64,000 bases of DNA from an uncultured Acetatifactor sp. (lineage in GTDB: Bacteria; Bacillota; Clostridia; Lachnospirales; Lachnospiraceae), in assembly GCA_964604575.1 (NCBI GenBank), contig CAZRZM010000002.1, positions 2,627 to 66,626 on the forward strand, given 5' to 3'. Of the stretch, positions 28,140 to 38,197 are shown piece after piece (the first letter of the stretch is position 1; every line of letters starts with the position of its first letter). A program made the translations under genes and the position numbers. Below the pieces are notes generated by a model that was given only the letters and a program-made list of their open reading frames with translations, did not search any database and was not told where the DNA came from.

Positions 28140-29834
28140 TCAGTCCATGAAGTTGATAACCTTACGCATCTCTTCCAGGGTTGTCTTTCCCTCCATAATT
28201 AACTCCATCGCATTATGTTTCATGTCAGTGAAGCCCGCTTTCAGAGCTTCTGCTTTGATTTTCTGGGAGGATGCCCTCTCCATAATCAAATTGCGGATTT
28301 CGCGGTTTACCATAACAATCTCATATACCGCTATCCTGCCCTTGTAGCCGGTGTGGTTACATTTACTGCATCCCCTTCCACGATAGAACTTCGGCATCAT
28401 CTTGCTGTCCCAGTAACGAAGTTCATCATCCGTGGGCTGATATTCCTCCTTACATTCCTCACAGATAACCTTTACCAGTCTCTGTGCCACCACTCCAATC
28501 ACGGAGGATGCCACAACATAAGGCTCTGCACCCATATCTATCAGACGCATGAATGCGGACGGCGCATCATTGGTATGGATAGTACTCAAAACCAGATGTC
28601 CTGTGATAGCCGCCTGGGCCGCAATCACCGCTGTCTCTTTATCACGAATCTCACCCACCATGATAACATCCGGATCCTGACGCATGATAGAACGTAAACC
28701 GCTGGCAAAAGTAAGTCCTGCTTTCACATTGATATGTACCTGGGTCAGGTTATCCATGGTTTTCTCCACCGGATCCTCCACCGTAACCACATTCACATTG
28801 GGCTTCGCTATCTCATCCAGTGCCGAATAGATAGTGGTGGTCTTACCACTTCCGGTAGGTCCTGTTACCAGAATAACACCATTTGGATTATGAATCAGCC
28901 GGGAAAATTTGTTATAATCCGGCTCCTTCATTCCCAGCATCGGAAGGGGAATCAAATCTACTTTGTTATCACCCAGAATACGGATAACAATTTTCTCCCC
29001 ATATACACTGGGCAGTGTGGATATACGGAAACTCACTTCCTTTGTACCCATCTCCATGCTGAAACGTCCATCCTGGGGAATACGCTTCTCTGCGATATCC
29101 AGCCCGGAAATAATCTTAAGTCTCGTAACTAACGGCATATGAATCGCTGCATTTAACACCATAACCTCTATCAAATCGCCGTCAATACGCATACGGACCA
29201 GCACATTACTCTGCTTCGGTTCGATATGGATATCGGAGGCCTGCATGGTGACTGCCTGGGTCAAAATAGAATTTACCAGTTTTACCACGGGAGAACTGTC
29301 AATTCTATCCATCATCTGCTGATAAGATTCCGAAGTATCTCTTTCTATGTAATCGTGTCCAAACAACTGGTTTGCTTCATTGACTACACTGAACAGCTTC
29401 TTGTTGGCATAGGCCTGCTCAATGACGATATTGATATACTCTTTCTTTGCCAGATAGGGAACAATCTGCTTGCCGACCTGTTCCTCCAAATCCTGAAAAC
29501 CATAATAATTCAAAGGATTGTCCGTCGCCACATATAAGCTGTCCTCCTCAATGTAGAGAGGAACCAGACTCAATTTCACCGCTGTCTCTCTGGGGATAAT
29601 GGCAATTACTTCTGCTGTAGGGTTAATTTGTGCAATATCGAGCACCGGTACTCGCAACTGGCTGGACAGCTCCTGAAGAATTTCCTCTTCTTTCACATAA
29701 CCCAAATCTATCAGCAGTTCTCCCAGCATCTGTTTTTTCTCACTGCTTCTCTGTATGGTAAGCGCCTGTTCCAACTGTGCTTCTGTGAGGTATCCCGCAT
29801 TTACCAGCAGCTCACCTAACCTAATCTTTTTCAC
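28140..29834 (-). CDS. pilB: Type IV pilus assembly ATPase (GspE/PilB) with N-terminal MshEN domain
   Basis: ASDIHIEP, PQDGR, GPTGSGKTT, RQDPDVIMVGEIRD, Zn-binding CxxC pairs; GTG start. Confidence 0.95.
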   Translation of the reverse strand: MKKIRLGELLVNAGYLTEAQLEQALTIQRSSEKKQMLGELLIDLGYVKEEEILQELSSQLRVPVLDIAQINPTAEVIAIIPRETAVKLSLVPLYIEEDSLYVATDNPLNYYGFQDLEEQVGKQIVPYLAKKEYINIVIEQAYANKKLFSVVNEANQLFGHDYIERDTSESYQQMMDRIDSSPVVKLVNSILTQAVTMQASDIHIEPKQSNVLVRMRIDGDLIEVMVLNAAIHMPLVTRLKIISGLDIAEKRIPQDGRFSMEMGTKEVSFRISTLPSVYGEKIVIRILGDNKVDLIPLPMLGMKEPDYNKFSRLIHNPNGVILVTGPTGSGKTTTIYSALDEIAKPNVNVVTVEDPVEKTMDNLTQVHINVKAGLTFASGLRSIMRQDPDVIMVGEIRDKETAVIAAQAAITGHLVLSTIHTNDAPSAFMRLIDMGAEPYVVASSVIGVVAQRLVKVICEECKEEYQPTDDELRYWDSKMMPKFYRGRGCSKCNHTGYKGRIAVYEIVMVNREIRNLIMERASSQKIKAEALKAGFTDMKHNAMELIMEGKTTLEEMRKVINFMD

Positions 29835-30470
29835 TTATACATCCTCCCCCACCGTTTTGCTGATTCCATAAATCAAAAGGCTTAAGGACGCCTCCACAGG
29901 CTCCTCCACATCCACGATGCGCTGCTCCTGTGTCAAATTCAGGGTTGTCACCTCTATACAGGTACTCTCCTGCTTCAAAACATCTGTCAGTTCCAGAATC
30001 TGTCTATAAGAGCCTGCTACCGTTAAATTCACACTGCATCCCAGCAGAAACTCCTCCTGCCCGTCGGCTGTCTGTCCGTCTGCTGCCATCTCCCCGGCCG
30101 TCTCCGTCTGGCCCCGGTATAAGGTGTCTACCTGAATCGGCGAATAATTTCCTATGGACATACCTATCATTTCCAGTCCGCTCTCCGCCACCAGATTATT
30201 TAATATACTGTCCACCGTATAGGAATTTAACTTACTGTAAAAATATTCATAATTTTCTTCCGCCAGCTCCTGCTGTCTCTGAAGCGTTTCCTCCACATCA
30301 GGCGTCTGTAACACAGCCCGCATCTGCAATTCCTGTAGCTGCATATCCTCAAGTTCGTCCTGAAACGCTTTTTTATCCCTGACTGCCGGCATCAGCAGAT
30401 AAATGATGCTCATACCCACCAGACCGATTACTACTAATATCTGTAAAAGCATTTTTTCACGTCTTGTCAT
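29835..30470 (-). CDS. PilO-like alignment-complex protein
   Basis: MTRREKMLL, one TM helix, coiled coil, then a ferredoxin-like region (VNLTVAGSYRQILEL); follows PilMN. Confidence 0.75.
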   Translation of the reverse strand: MTRREKMLLQILVVIGLVGMSIIYLLMPAVRDKKAFQDELEDMQLQELQMRAVLQTPDVEETLQRQQELAEENYEYFYSKLNSYTVDSILNNLVAESGLEMIGMSIGNYSPIQVDTLYRGQTETAGEMAADGQTADGQEEFLLGCSVNLTVAGSYRQILELTDVLKQESTCIEVTTLNLTQEQRIVDVEEPVEASLSLLIYGISKTVGEDV

Positions 30471-30487
30471 CTGATTGTCCCGTCTTT

Positions 30488-32017
30488 CTACCACAAAGTG
30501 ATTGCAATGTTGAATGTGTAATACTCTTCTCCCAGTATTCCCTGGCTTTTGTTAAAACCGTTATATATTACATCCGCATAATTGCCGGATTCCTTTAAGG
30601 CTTTTGCAAACTCCGCAGGTGTGTACTGCCCCTGCGCATAACAGCCAAGATTTACCGTTCCATTTGAATAACTGTATCCGGTAATCACAACATCCAATGG
30701 CTTTATCCTATCTATTTCACGGAAAATCCCACTTTCAAACCGCGGCATATTTTCCAGCAGTTCAATGGCGGCTGCCACCTGGCTATTATATCTTGTATAT
30801 CTTCCACACTCTTCAATCATCTGGTTCTTTTCGGCATATGCCCTCTGTACTTCCTCATCCATCAGGTACGCAGTAAGCTTTGCTGTATCATTTCTGACGG
30901 CATTTCCCTGCATCCGGGTTATCAGTGTGGCGCCTAAAACCAGTACCAGCAGCACACCTCCCACCATAACAGGCAGATAAGTACTGTTATCCCTGCCACC
31001 GTTCTTTGTCTCTTCATATTTTCCGAAGAAATCATATTCTCCACTGCCTGCCCTCAGAGACATGGCTGCCACCACGGCATTGCAGGTATACTCATCCTCC
31101 ACAAACATATATCTTAATTCCACAATTTCATCCTGCAGACTGAAAGGAAGCACCTGAATATTCAGAAAATCTGTGAGTTCTTCTGCCAGTCCGGGGATTT
31201 TATCATAGGAACCATACAAATATATATGCTCCAGTCTCTCGTCCGGATGACGCTGTGTATGAAAACGCTCCAGCCGGCTCAAATCTCCCTGAATTTTACG
31301 GAAAATAACGTTCTCATCGTTGTTTTCCTCCACCACATTGTTGATATTGGATAAAACATACAGATTTTCCTCGACTTTATTCTCCACCTTCAATCTGCTG
31401 TACCGGTAATAAGGCTCTTCCCCGTGGCCTACATAAAGAAAATGTGCCTCATCCGGATTGATGCAGGCAATAATGGAACTTTTCAGGGCGCGCATCAGTC
31501 CCGATACCTCCGCCACCTTCTTCATGGCATGATTGGTAAACACAATCTTATGGGGAATCAGCCCCGCCTTTTTGATTACCTCATAAATATTTTGAATCAT
31601 TGCCTTTACACAGAGAGTGACTTGTATTCTTATAAAACCCGGTTTTAAGGGGTCGTCTCCAAGAATAATATAATCATACAGATAATCCGCATTCAGTTTA
31701 TGGCGTTTACGCAGCTCCTGCTCCACCATGCCGTCCATCTGCTTTTTGCTGCCCCCCAGCACAGAAAATTCTTCCACCATACTGTCCGTATTCGGAATCG
31801 TTACCACTGTCTTTTTGTATTTGATGCCATGCTCTGAAATACAGTTTCTGATAGCATCCGAAATTCCTCTGTCATTGTTGATAAGCATTCTGTTAAAATA
31901 TGCGTTGGGCGGCATATTGGTACGGTATTTACCTTCCAGAACCACTTCCTTTTTTGCTATGTCCATCTTGTACAGATAAATATAATCTGAAGTAAACTCG
32001 ATTGATAATACTTTCAT
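30488..32017 (-). CDS. PilM-PilN fusion protein
   Basis: N-terminal PilM-like domain (VLSIEF, HIYLYGS), TM helix near aa 350, PilN-like C-terminus. Confidence 0.8.
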   Translation of the reverse strand: MKVLSIEFTSDYIYLYKMDIAKKEVVLEGKYRTNMPPNAYFNRMLINNDRGISDAIRNCISEHGIKYKKTVVTIPNTDSMVEEFSVLGGSKKQMDGMVEQELRKRHKLNADYLYDYIILGDDPLKPGFIRIQVTLCVKAMIQNIYEVIKKAGLIPHKIVFTNHAMKKVAEVSGLMRALKSSIIACINPDEAHFLYVGHGEEPYYRYSRLKVENKVEENLYVLSNINNVVEENNDENVIFRKIQGDLSRLERFHTQRHPDERLEHIYLYGSYDKIPGLAEELTDFLNIQVLPFSLQDEIVELRYMFVEDEYTCNAVVAAMSLRAGSGEYDFFGKYEETKNGGRDNSTYLPVMVGGVLLVLVLGATLITRMQGNAVRNDTAKLTAYLMDEEVQRAYAEKNQMIEECGRYTRYNSQVAAAIELLENMPRFESGIFREIDRIKPLDVVITGYSYSNGTVNLGCYAQGQYTPAEFAKALKESGNYADVIYNGFNKSQGILGEEYYTFNIAITLW

Positions 32018-32044
32018 ATTCTGCCCTTTCCGGTTGTCTTTCTC

Positions 32045-33229
32045 TTAAGAATAAATGCTGTAAATCGGTCCCAGGACACTGAAGAGTACTGCTCCGATAA
32101 TCAGACCGATAAATACCATGATAATCGGTTCCAGCAAGGCAAGCAGTTTCTGGGTCGCCGTATCTGATTCCTGCGCATAATACGCATATATTTTCTGGTA
32201 CATTTCGGCGGCCCGTCCGGTCTCTTCACCGGTAGCCATCATGGACCAGACCAAATCCTCAAACAGCCCTTCTTTCTCCATCGCATCTGAAAAGGGAACA
32301 CCCTTCTCCACCTCTTCCCGGATGCGTGTCATCCGTTCCAGCGTATAGACATTTCCAAAGGTTCCGGCACAGATTTCAATAGATTCCAGTACCGTAATAC
32401 CATTGCCTGTAAGAATCCCCATGGTATTGGCAAAACGTGCAATCGTTGTTTTCTCCATCAGCCTGCTGGCAATGGGAATATTACATTTTGCTTTATCGAT
32501 GTAATAGTGTCCCATTTCTGTCTTGTATATCATCACACACGCAATAACAAGAACCAGGACTGCCAGCAGAAGAATCTCCCAGTCATTTATGAGGAAATTA
32601 CTGAATGCCATAAATATCCGGGTAAGCAGCGGCAAATCATTTCCCACAAACAATGTGAAAAATTTGGGCAGTACAAACGTAAATACTACAATAACCACCG
32701 CCACTGTGATAACCAGAAGCAGAACTGGATATATCATCATTGTCTGTATTTTACTGCGGGTGGCATTTTCCTTGCCATAGAAATCCGCCATATCCGATAC
32801 CACCACATCCAGGGAACCACTCTGTTCTCCCACGTCTACCATAGCTGTCAATATATCCGGAAATACATTTCCCAGACTGCGCATGGCATCTGCCAGGGAA
32901 TTTCCTGTTTCCACCTGCTCCATCAGGGCCATATAGCATTTTTTGAGTTTTTTGTCCCTGCATCTGCGGTGCATGGTGCTTAAAACATTAACCATCGGCA
33001 CTCCCGCCGAAATCATCACACCCAGCTCCCTGCAGAAAACATTTAGTTCTTTCAGGGAAAGCCTTCCGCCAATCTCTTCATTTCCCGCATCTTTTACTTT
33101 TTTAAAAGAGATACAATACAGTTTTCTGTTTTCCAGTTCCCGGTAAAAGCCCCGCTCGTCCGATGCCTGGATTTTACCGCTCAGAATCTTACCGTCTTCT
33201 GCTTTTGCCTTAAATCGATATGTCGCCAT
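32045..33229 (-). CDS. pilC: Type IV pilus platform protein (T2SS F family)
   Basis: MATYRFKA, VGEQSGSLD, MIYPVLL, TGEETG, LLEPIIMV. Confidence 0.95.
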   Translation of the reverse strand: MATYRFKAKAEDGKILSGKIQASDERGFYRELENRKLYCISFKKVKDAGNEEIGGRLSLKELNVFCRELGVMISAGVPMVNVLSTMHRRCRDKKLKKCYMALMEQVETGNSLADAMRSLGNVFPDILTAMVDVGEQSGSLDVVVSDMADFYGKENATRSKIQTMMIYPVLLLVITVAVVIVVFTFVLPKFFTLFVGNDLPLLTRIFMAFSNFLINDWEILLLAVLVLVIACVMIYKTEMGHYYIDKAKCNIPIASRLMEKTTIARFANTMGILTGNGITVLESIEICAGTFGNVYTLERMTRIREEVEKGVPFSDAMEKEGLFEDLVWSMMATGEETGRAAEMYQKIYAYYAQESDTATQKLLALLEPIIMVFIGLIIGAVLFSVLGPIYSIYS

Positions 33230-33266
33230 CTTTTCCTCTCATCCTGTTGCATTTCCATTTTGTCCG

Positions 33267-33779
33267 TCACTGATTATAATATAAAACTGACGCTGTCTCA
33301 CTGCCCAGCAGTTGTCCCTGGGAGGAATATATCTCTATCTGTGTCACCAGCACTTTGGCTCCATCCCTGCTCCGCGTCTGCTCTCCCAGAATAAGCTTTG
33401 CTGTCATATCACCATAAAAATCCGAATCAAAAACCACGCCAAATATCTGGGGCTTTCCCTCAACAGTAAGGCTCCCTCCTTCATAGCTGACTGCACATTC
33501 CATGTCATTTAAGGGAATATGGCCAATACGGGTATCTCTCACATAATGCAGTCCCTGTCCGTCCCATGTACGCTCTTTACTGAATAACAGCTCATCCTGG
33601 ATACCGGAGGCTATTACATCCATAATTTCCATGGCTTCCGCCGTCTGCCGGAGTGTTACATACTGTGTCAGCCATTGTGGAAACACCACTACAATACTGC
33701 CAATCAGAAGACTTATAACTGCCACAGCAATTACCATCTCCAATAAAGTAAAACCTTTATTATTCATTCTCTTTTTCAT
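33267..33779 (-). CDS. Minor pilin (PilW/GspJ-like)
   Basis: NNKG|FTLLEMVIAVAVISLL. Confidence 0.88.
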   Translation of the reverse strand: MKKRMNNKGFTLLEMVIAVAVISLLIGSIVVVFPQWLTQYVTLRQTAEAMEIMDVIASGIQDELLFSKERTWDGQGLHYVRDTRIGHIPLNDMECAVSYEGGSLTVEGKPQIFGVVFDSDFYGDMTAKLILGEQTRSRDGAKVLVTQIEIYSSQGQLLGSETASVLYYNQ

Positions 33780-33808
33780 TTTTCCCTCAATGCGCAGCGC
33801 TTCCCTCT

Positions 33809-34111
33809 CTAACGGAACTTATATAAAGACCCCTGGACAGGCTTTACTATCTCTGTCGAAAAGGAATCGCTGTATCCCGTGCCATCCACGTAATACTGCG
33901 TCTGTATCTCCAGACTACCGCTTACCTCAAGTGTTCCGTCCTCCTCCAGCAATAGCTGTGACACCTGGGTATTCATACTGCGCTTCGCCTCCATCGTATT
34001 GTAGAAGGTCCCCGCAGATGCCTGAAACACTGTCACCAGCATGGTAACCATCAGCGCAAGCAACGCCATGCTTACCACCAGTTCGATTAAGGTTTCCCCC
34101 CGGTTATTCAT
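33809..34111 (-). CDS. Minor pilin (PilV/GspI-like)
   Basis: MNNRG|ETLIELVVSMALLALM; 100 aa. Confidence 0.85.
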   Translation of the reverse strand: MNNRGETLIELVVSMALLALMVTMLVTVFQASAGTFYNTMEAKRSMNTQVSQLLLEEDGTLEVSGSLEIQTQYYVDGTGYSDSFSTEIVKPVQGSLYKFR

Positions 34112-34589
34112 GTATCATTTCCTCACAAGTCTTTAATGTAATTGTTACTTCTCCGTCGATATTGTAATAAATATACTTTGCCGGAATCCGGTAAGTCTCT
34201 CCCTGATAAGTAATACGATATACCGTCTCTGCCAGATTACGGGTCAGCATCACATCAACAGTCACAGGCACTGCAGTTCCCCCGGCATCCTCAAAACCAT
34301 CCACGGTAATGGTAGTGGTTTCACCCGGTACAAAGGCTTCTTTCCAGAGCCCCTCCTGCATTTTTTCATTTAAAATGCCGTATATAGAAGAAATATATAA
34401 TTCCCTCTGTTCTGTCTCATATTCTGTGGCAGCCGCGTTGTCTCCTGCACTTGCCAGCATCAGCATATTCATGGCAATCACAGTCAGTACTACAAACATC
34501 CCCAGTACAATCAGCAGCGAAGCGCCCCGGTTATTGTCCTGTATAAATCCTATTTTCCTGCTTTCTTCCATTGTTCTATTCTTTTCCAT
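34104..34589 (-). CDS. Minor pilin lacking Glu5 (PilX/GspK-like)
   Basis: DNNRG|ASLLIVLGMFVVLTVIAM; start uncertain (34571-34610). Confidence 0.8.
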   Translation of the reverse strand: MEKNRTMEESRKIGFIQDNNRGASLLIVLGMFVVLTVIAMNMLMLASAGDNAAATEYETEQRELYISSIYGILNEKMQEGLWKEAFVPGETTTITVDGFEDAGGTAVPVTVDVMLTRNLAETVYRITYQGETYRIPAKYIYYNIDGEVTITLKTCEEMIHE

Positions 34590-34687
34590 ATGTACTAAAT
34601 TTCCCGGCAAATTATTTTCCGGCAGCCACGCAATATCATGTTTACTACATGATATTTATTATCTGATATATATATTTATACACCTCT

Positions 34688-34716
34688 ATTATAATTTGAA
34701 ACCTGTGAACTATCAA
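34688..34716 (-). promoter_or_regulatory. Sigma-70 promoter of the pilus operon
   Basis: TTGATA (34716-34711)-N17-TATAAT (34693-34688). Confidence 0.75.
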
Positions 34717-34807
34717 TAAAAAAATTTTTATTTTGGCGGAATTTTGGTGGAATTTTGTGACAATGCAGGGCTGAACTGTTATGGAATTTTGTGACAGTTG
34801 GAGGGGA

Positions 34808-35803
34808 TTATTTGGCAAGTCTGAATCCGGCGGCCAAGGCGGGAATTCTGCCCATTGCCAGTATGCCCACGATGCACCAGAGCAGTTTGCCTGCCACGGT
34901 AAGGACTCCGGCCAGAAGGGCATCTGTGACTCCCATATACTCCCAGAGGGTTTCCCATGGAATAAAGGTGAGTTCTGTCAGGTGGAGACACAGAACTGCC
35001 AGAGAATTTCTGCCAAACCAGCCGAGAGCTCCCGAAAGCAGCGGGATTCGTTCCAAACCTTTGCCCAGACAGATGACAAGCCAGGTTCCCGCTATTCCCC
35101 CAATGACATCAACAACCAGATTTTCAGAATAATTTTGAACCATATAAAATCTTCCCTTGTCCACATACATGCACAGCAGCCACAAAAACAGGGCAAAAAC
35201 CGTCCAGAAGCGGCAGGAGGTGATGAGCTCTTTTCTTTTACGGAAACAGTGTCCGGCATGGACAAAAACCAGCGCAAGCATGGCTGACTGGATACTCCAT
35301 GGAAGCCAGACATATTTCGCGGAGAAGTAACCTGCCAGTGCCAGAAGCAGTACCCAGAGCGTACAGCCTTTGCGGTCCATGATACAGTTGTAGATAATTA
35401 GGGACCAGAACATGGCAAACAGAAACCAGATTGCCCCAATCGCCTTTATGCTGAAAGGGTATGCGTAGGAGCCTCCGCTTCCATAGGATGCGGCGTAGAG
35501 CCACATGAAAAGATTATAACCAATCGCTCCTGTATGCCCAAGGAGACAGTCCCTTAATACAGACAGTATCAGGAATCCAAGGCAGGTCAGTAAATAGGGA
35601 ACCATAAGCTGCAGGAATTTCGTGCATACCAGTGTCTCCATGTCCTGCTTTTTGAAAAAGTAGCCGCTGATAATAAAAAACAGGGGCATATGGAAAGTGA
35701 ATACAACCATGTTGATTCCGGATACTGACAGATGTCCCAGAATGACACACAGCATACCGATTCCTTTGGCAATATCAATATAATCAATTCTGTTCTTTTC
35801 CAT
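34808..35803 (-). CDS. Acyltransferase-3 family membrane O-acyltransferase
   Basis: RIDYIDIAKGIGMLCVILGH, FHMPLFFIISGY, IWFLFAMF, GRNSLAVLCLH. Confidence 0.93.
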   Translation of the reverse strand: MEKNRIDYIDIAKGIGMLCVILGHLSVSGINMVVFTFHMPLFFIISGYFFKKQDMETLVCTKFLQLMVPYLLTCLGFLILSVLRDCLLGHTGAIGYNLFMWLYAASYGSGGSYAYPFSIKAIGAIWFLFAMFWSLIIYNCIMDRKGCTLWVLLLALAGYFSAKYVWLPWSIQSAMLALVFVHAGHCFRKRKELITSCRFWTVFALFLWLLCMYVDKGRFYMVQNYSENLVVDVIGGIAGTWLVICLGKGLERIPLLSGALGWFGRNSLAVLCLHLTELTFIPWETLWEYMGVTDALLAGVLTVAGKLLWCIVGILAMGRIPALAAGFRLAK

Positions 35804-35973
35804 AATTCTCTTTCTCCTGTCTCGTATGCAGACTGTTTTTATGGCGAGGCACAGTATAGCACACCGTATTACATAAGCCTATAAATCAAATCAGACTTCC
35901 CACACCTGAAACGGAATTCGCACCCTGAAAAAAATCCAGAGTGCGACAAACCTGCCGGTATGGGAAGTCCGTA

Positions 35974-36591
35974 TTAATTACTCGTAACCATATCATGAAC
36001 GGCACGGGAAATCTCTGCAACAGTTGCCTCAATAGAACTATTCAGTTCCTTACTGGTCTTGGCGAGGTTTCCCACTTCTCCTGCAACCACAGCAAAGCCC
36101 TTACCTGCCTCTCCTGCTCTTGCCGCCTCAATACTGGCATTTAGTGCCAGAATATTCTGGCGCTGCTGGATAGAATCGAGTTTGGAAGCATTCTGCTGAA
36201 TTTCTTTTACCAGTTTTTCACACTCTGTCGCACCCTTTTTAATACGTTCTACCATCTGGTTACTTCCAAAATTAATATTGTATTCTGCGTTAATAAAGTA
36301 ATTCAAGGTATCTCCCAGAAGCTTTGCAGATGCATTTATCATCTGTTCACTCACGCCATCCGGCGCTGTCTGACCGCCCTTTACCGTACCAACCTGCTCA
36401 CCATTTGCAACCAGGTCAATACTGAAAGCATCAAGCTCCTGCTCACCGGACTCTGCAAAGTTATAGCACTTTGAGATATATTCTCCATCCATACCGGCAA
36501 CCACAGTCGCAAGCCCTGTCACTGCAGCCCAATTCTCCATAATTTCCTCAAATTTTTCCATATCAGCGAAATCTTGAATCACCATATCCAA
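35974..36591 (-). CDS. Soluble chemoreceptor (degenerate PocR domain plus MCP signalling domain)
   Basis: [28 protein letters not shown]; N-terminal [10 protein letters not shown]...FSIDL...GTVKGGQ; no TM helix. Confidence 0.88.
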   Translation of the reverse strand: MDMVIQDFADMEKFEEIMENWAAVTGLATVVAGMDGEYISKCYNFAESGEQELDAFSIDLVANGEQVGTVKGGQTAPDGVSEQMINASAKLLGDTLNYFINAEYNINFGSNQMVERIKKGATECEKLVKEIQQNASKLDSIQQRQNILALNASIEAARAGEAGKGFAVVAGEVGNLAKTSKELNSSIEATVAEISRAVHDMVTSN

Positions 36592-36832
36592 ACCCTGTCC
36601 TTTCTCCCATTCCTCATGTAATTGTCATAAACACAAGCATGAAATTTTATATAATTAGAATATCACATTTAACGGATAAACTCAACATAAAGTTCACACT
36701 ATTTTGCAAATTTTCGCACTTTTTGCACTATTCTGACTTTTTCGCTTTCAGTCAGGTATCAGAAGTCTGACGATTACAAGTTTTCATCCCCGCGGAGCGT
36801 TTAACCATATGGGGCAGACTCTCCTATATGAT

Positions 36833-36871
36833 AAAAGAAGGTGCCGTCAAACCTGACAGCACCTTCTTTTT
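36833..36871 (-). terminator. Intrinsic terminator
   Basis: aaaagaaggtgccgtca-aacc-tgacagcaccttcttttt. Confidence 0.8.
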
Positions 36872-36900
36872 CAAATTAACCGGAATACCCTGACCTAAGG

Positions 36901-37140
36901 CTACGACGCATCTGCAGTCCGGCTGTCAATATACTGCTGCAGCATCTGGGCAACTTCATCTACCTCCAGTCCCGCATCTGCAATCAGGTCACTGACTGTC
37001 TCCAGTTCTTTTCTGCGCTTTTCCTCATATAGTTCATTCAATTCGCGCTGTTCCGATTCAATACGCGTCCGCAAAGCTTCAATCAGCTCCAGCTTTGCCG
37101 TGATTTTTTCCTCCAAAGTTTTTCTCTGTCCTCTTGCCAT
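36901..37140 (-). CDS. Small coiled-coil hypothetical protein (79 aa)
   Basis: RBS AGGAGG before MARGQRKTLEEKI; followed by a terminator. Confidence 0.8.
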   Translation of the reverse strand: MARGQRKTLEEKITAKLELIEALRTRIESEQRELNELYEEKRRKELETVSDLIADAGLEVDEVAQMLQQYIDSRTADAS

Positions 37141-37278
37141 AGACTTGCCTCCTAACATTTTTCCACACATATTGGCGGATTGTGGTTCGCATCCATTGCC
37201 CCAATGTTTCACATTGCGCCTGCGTTTACTAAAGTATATGGACAAGATGGAAATTTTATGCAACAGTTTTAAAGAAGC

Positions 37279-38187
37279 TTACTGCAAATTATACGGTGTT
37301 ACCTGGTACACGTAGTAGTTCAGGAAATTGCTGTAGAGGTTATTGCTGTGGGAACGCCACTGTAACAGCGGTCTTTCTTCCGGGTTATCATCCGGAAAAT
37401 AGTTGTAGGGTATCTCTGCCGGCATTCCCTTGTTCACATCGCGGAAATACTCATTTTTTAATGTATAGCGGTCATATTCCGGATGTCCGGTCACAAATAT
37501 CTTTTTGCCCCCCTCTGCAATCGCCAGATACACACCTGCCTTCTCCGATTCTGCCAGTACTGTCAGTTCCTTACAGGCATAAATTCCTTCCGCCGGAGTC
37601 TCCGTATGGCGGCTGTGGGGTGCCAGAAAAACATCATCAAATCCTCTTACCAGAGGAACCTTGCGGTTTGCAACTTTGTGCTCATATATACCGGAAAGTT
37701 TCCCGGGCAGCTTTCTTTTATTGATGCCATAATAATGATAAAGACCTGCCTGGGCAGCCCAGCAGATATGAAGCGTGGAGGTCACATGTTCCTCCGCCCA
37801 GTCCATGATTTCACAGATTTCCTCCCAGTAATCCACTTCCTCAAATGCAATATCCTCCACCGGTGCCCCGGTGATAATCAGTCCGTCAAATTTACGGTCC
37901 CGCACATCATCCAGCGTGATATAAAATTTGTTCAAGTGGCTGGCAGATGTATTCTGTGAGATATGACTTTTGGTGTTCATAAAAGTAACATCCACCTGAA
38001 GGGGCGTATTGGACAGCGCCCGTAACAGTTGAAGTTCCGTATCCTGTTTAATCGGCATATTATTCAGAATCAGAACCTGCAGGGGACGGATATCCTGGTG
38101 CATTGCACGGGTTTCATCCATTACAAATATATTTTCATTCTCCAAAATCTCTTTTGCCGGTAATTCGCTCTGTATTCTAATTGGCAT
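37279..38187 (-). CDS. metA: Homoserine O-acyltransferase (probably acetyl-CoA type)
   Basis: QDIRPL, GLIITGAPVE (Glu points to acetyltransferase specificity), ICWAAQA, PHSRH, GHPEYD. Confidence 0.96.
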   Translation of the reverse strand: MPIRIQSELPAKEILENENIFVMDETRAMHQDIRPLQVLILNNMPIKQDTELQLLRALSNTPLQVDVTFMNTKSHISQNTSASHLNKFYITLDDVRDRKFDGLIITGAPVEDIAFEEVDYWEEICEIMDWAEEHVTSTLHICWAAQAGLYHYYGINKRKLPGKLSGIYEHKVANRKVPLVRGFDDVFLAPHSRHTETPAEGIYACKELTVLAESEKAGVYLAIAEGGKKIFVTGHPEYDRYTLKNEYFRDVNKGMPAEIPYNYFPDDNPEERPLLQWRSHSNNLYSNFLNYYVYQVTPYNLQ

Positions 38188-38197
38188 TTTTGTATCC

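Noticed and set aside
34590-34800. c-di-GMP riboswitch upstream of the pilus operon
   Set aside because: No class I (GCAAAC...GAAA...GACGCAAAGC) or class II (GGGCAC...GTGCAACC) signature found.
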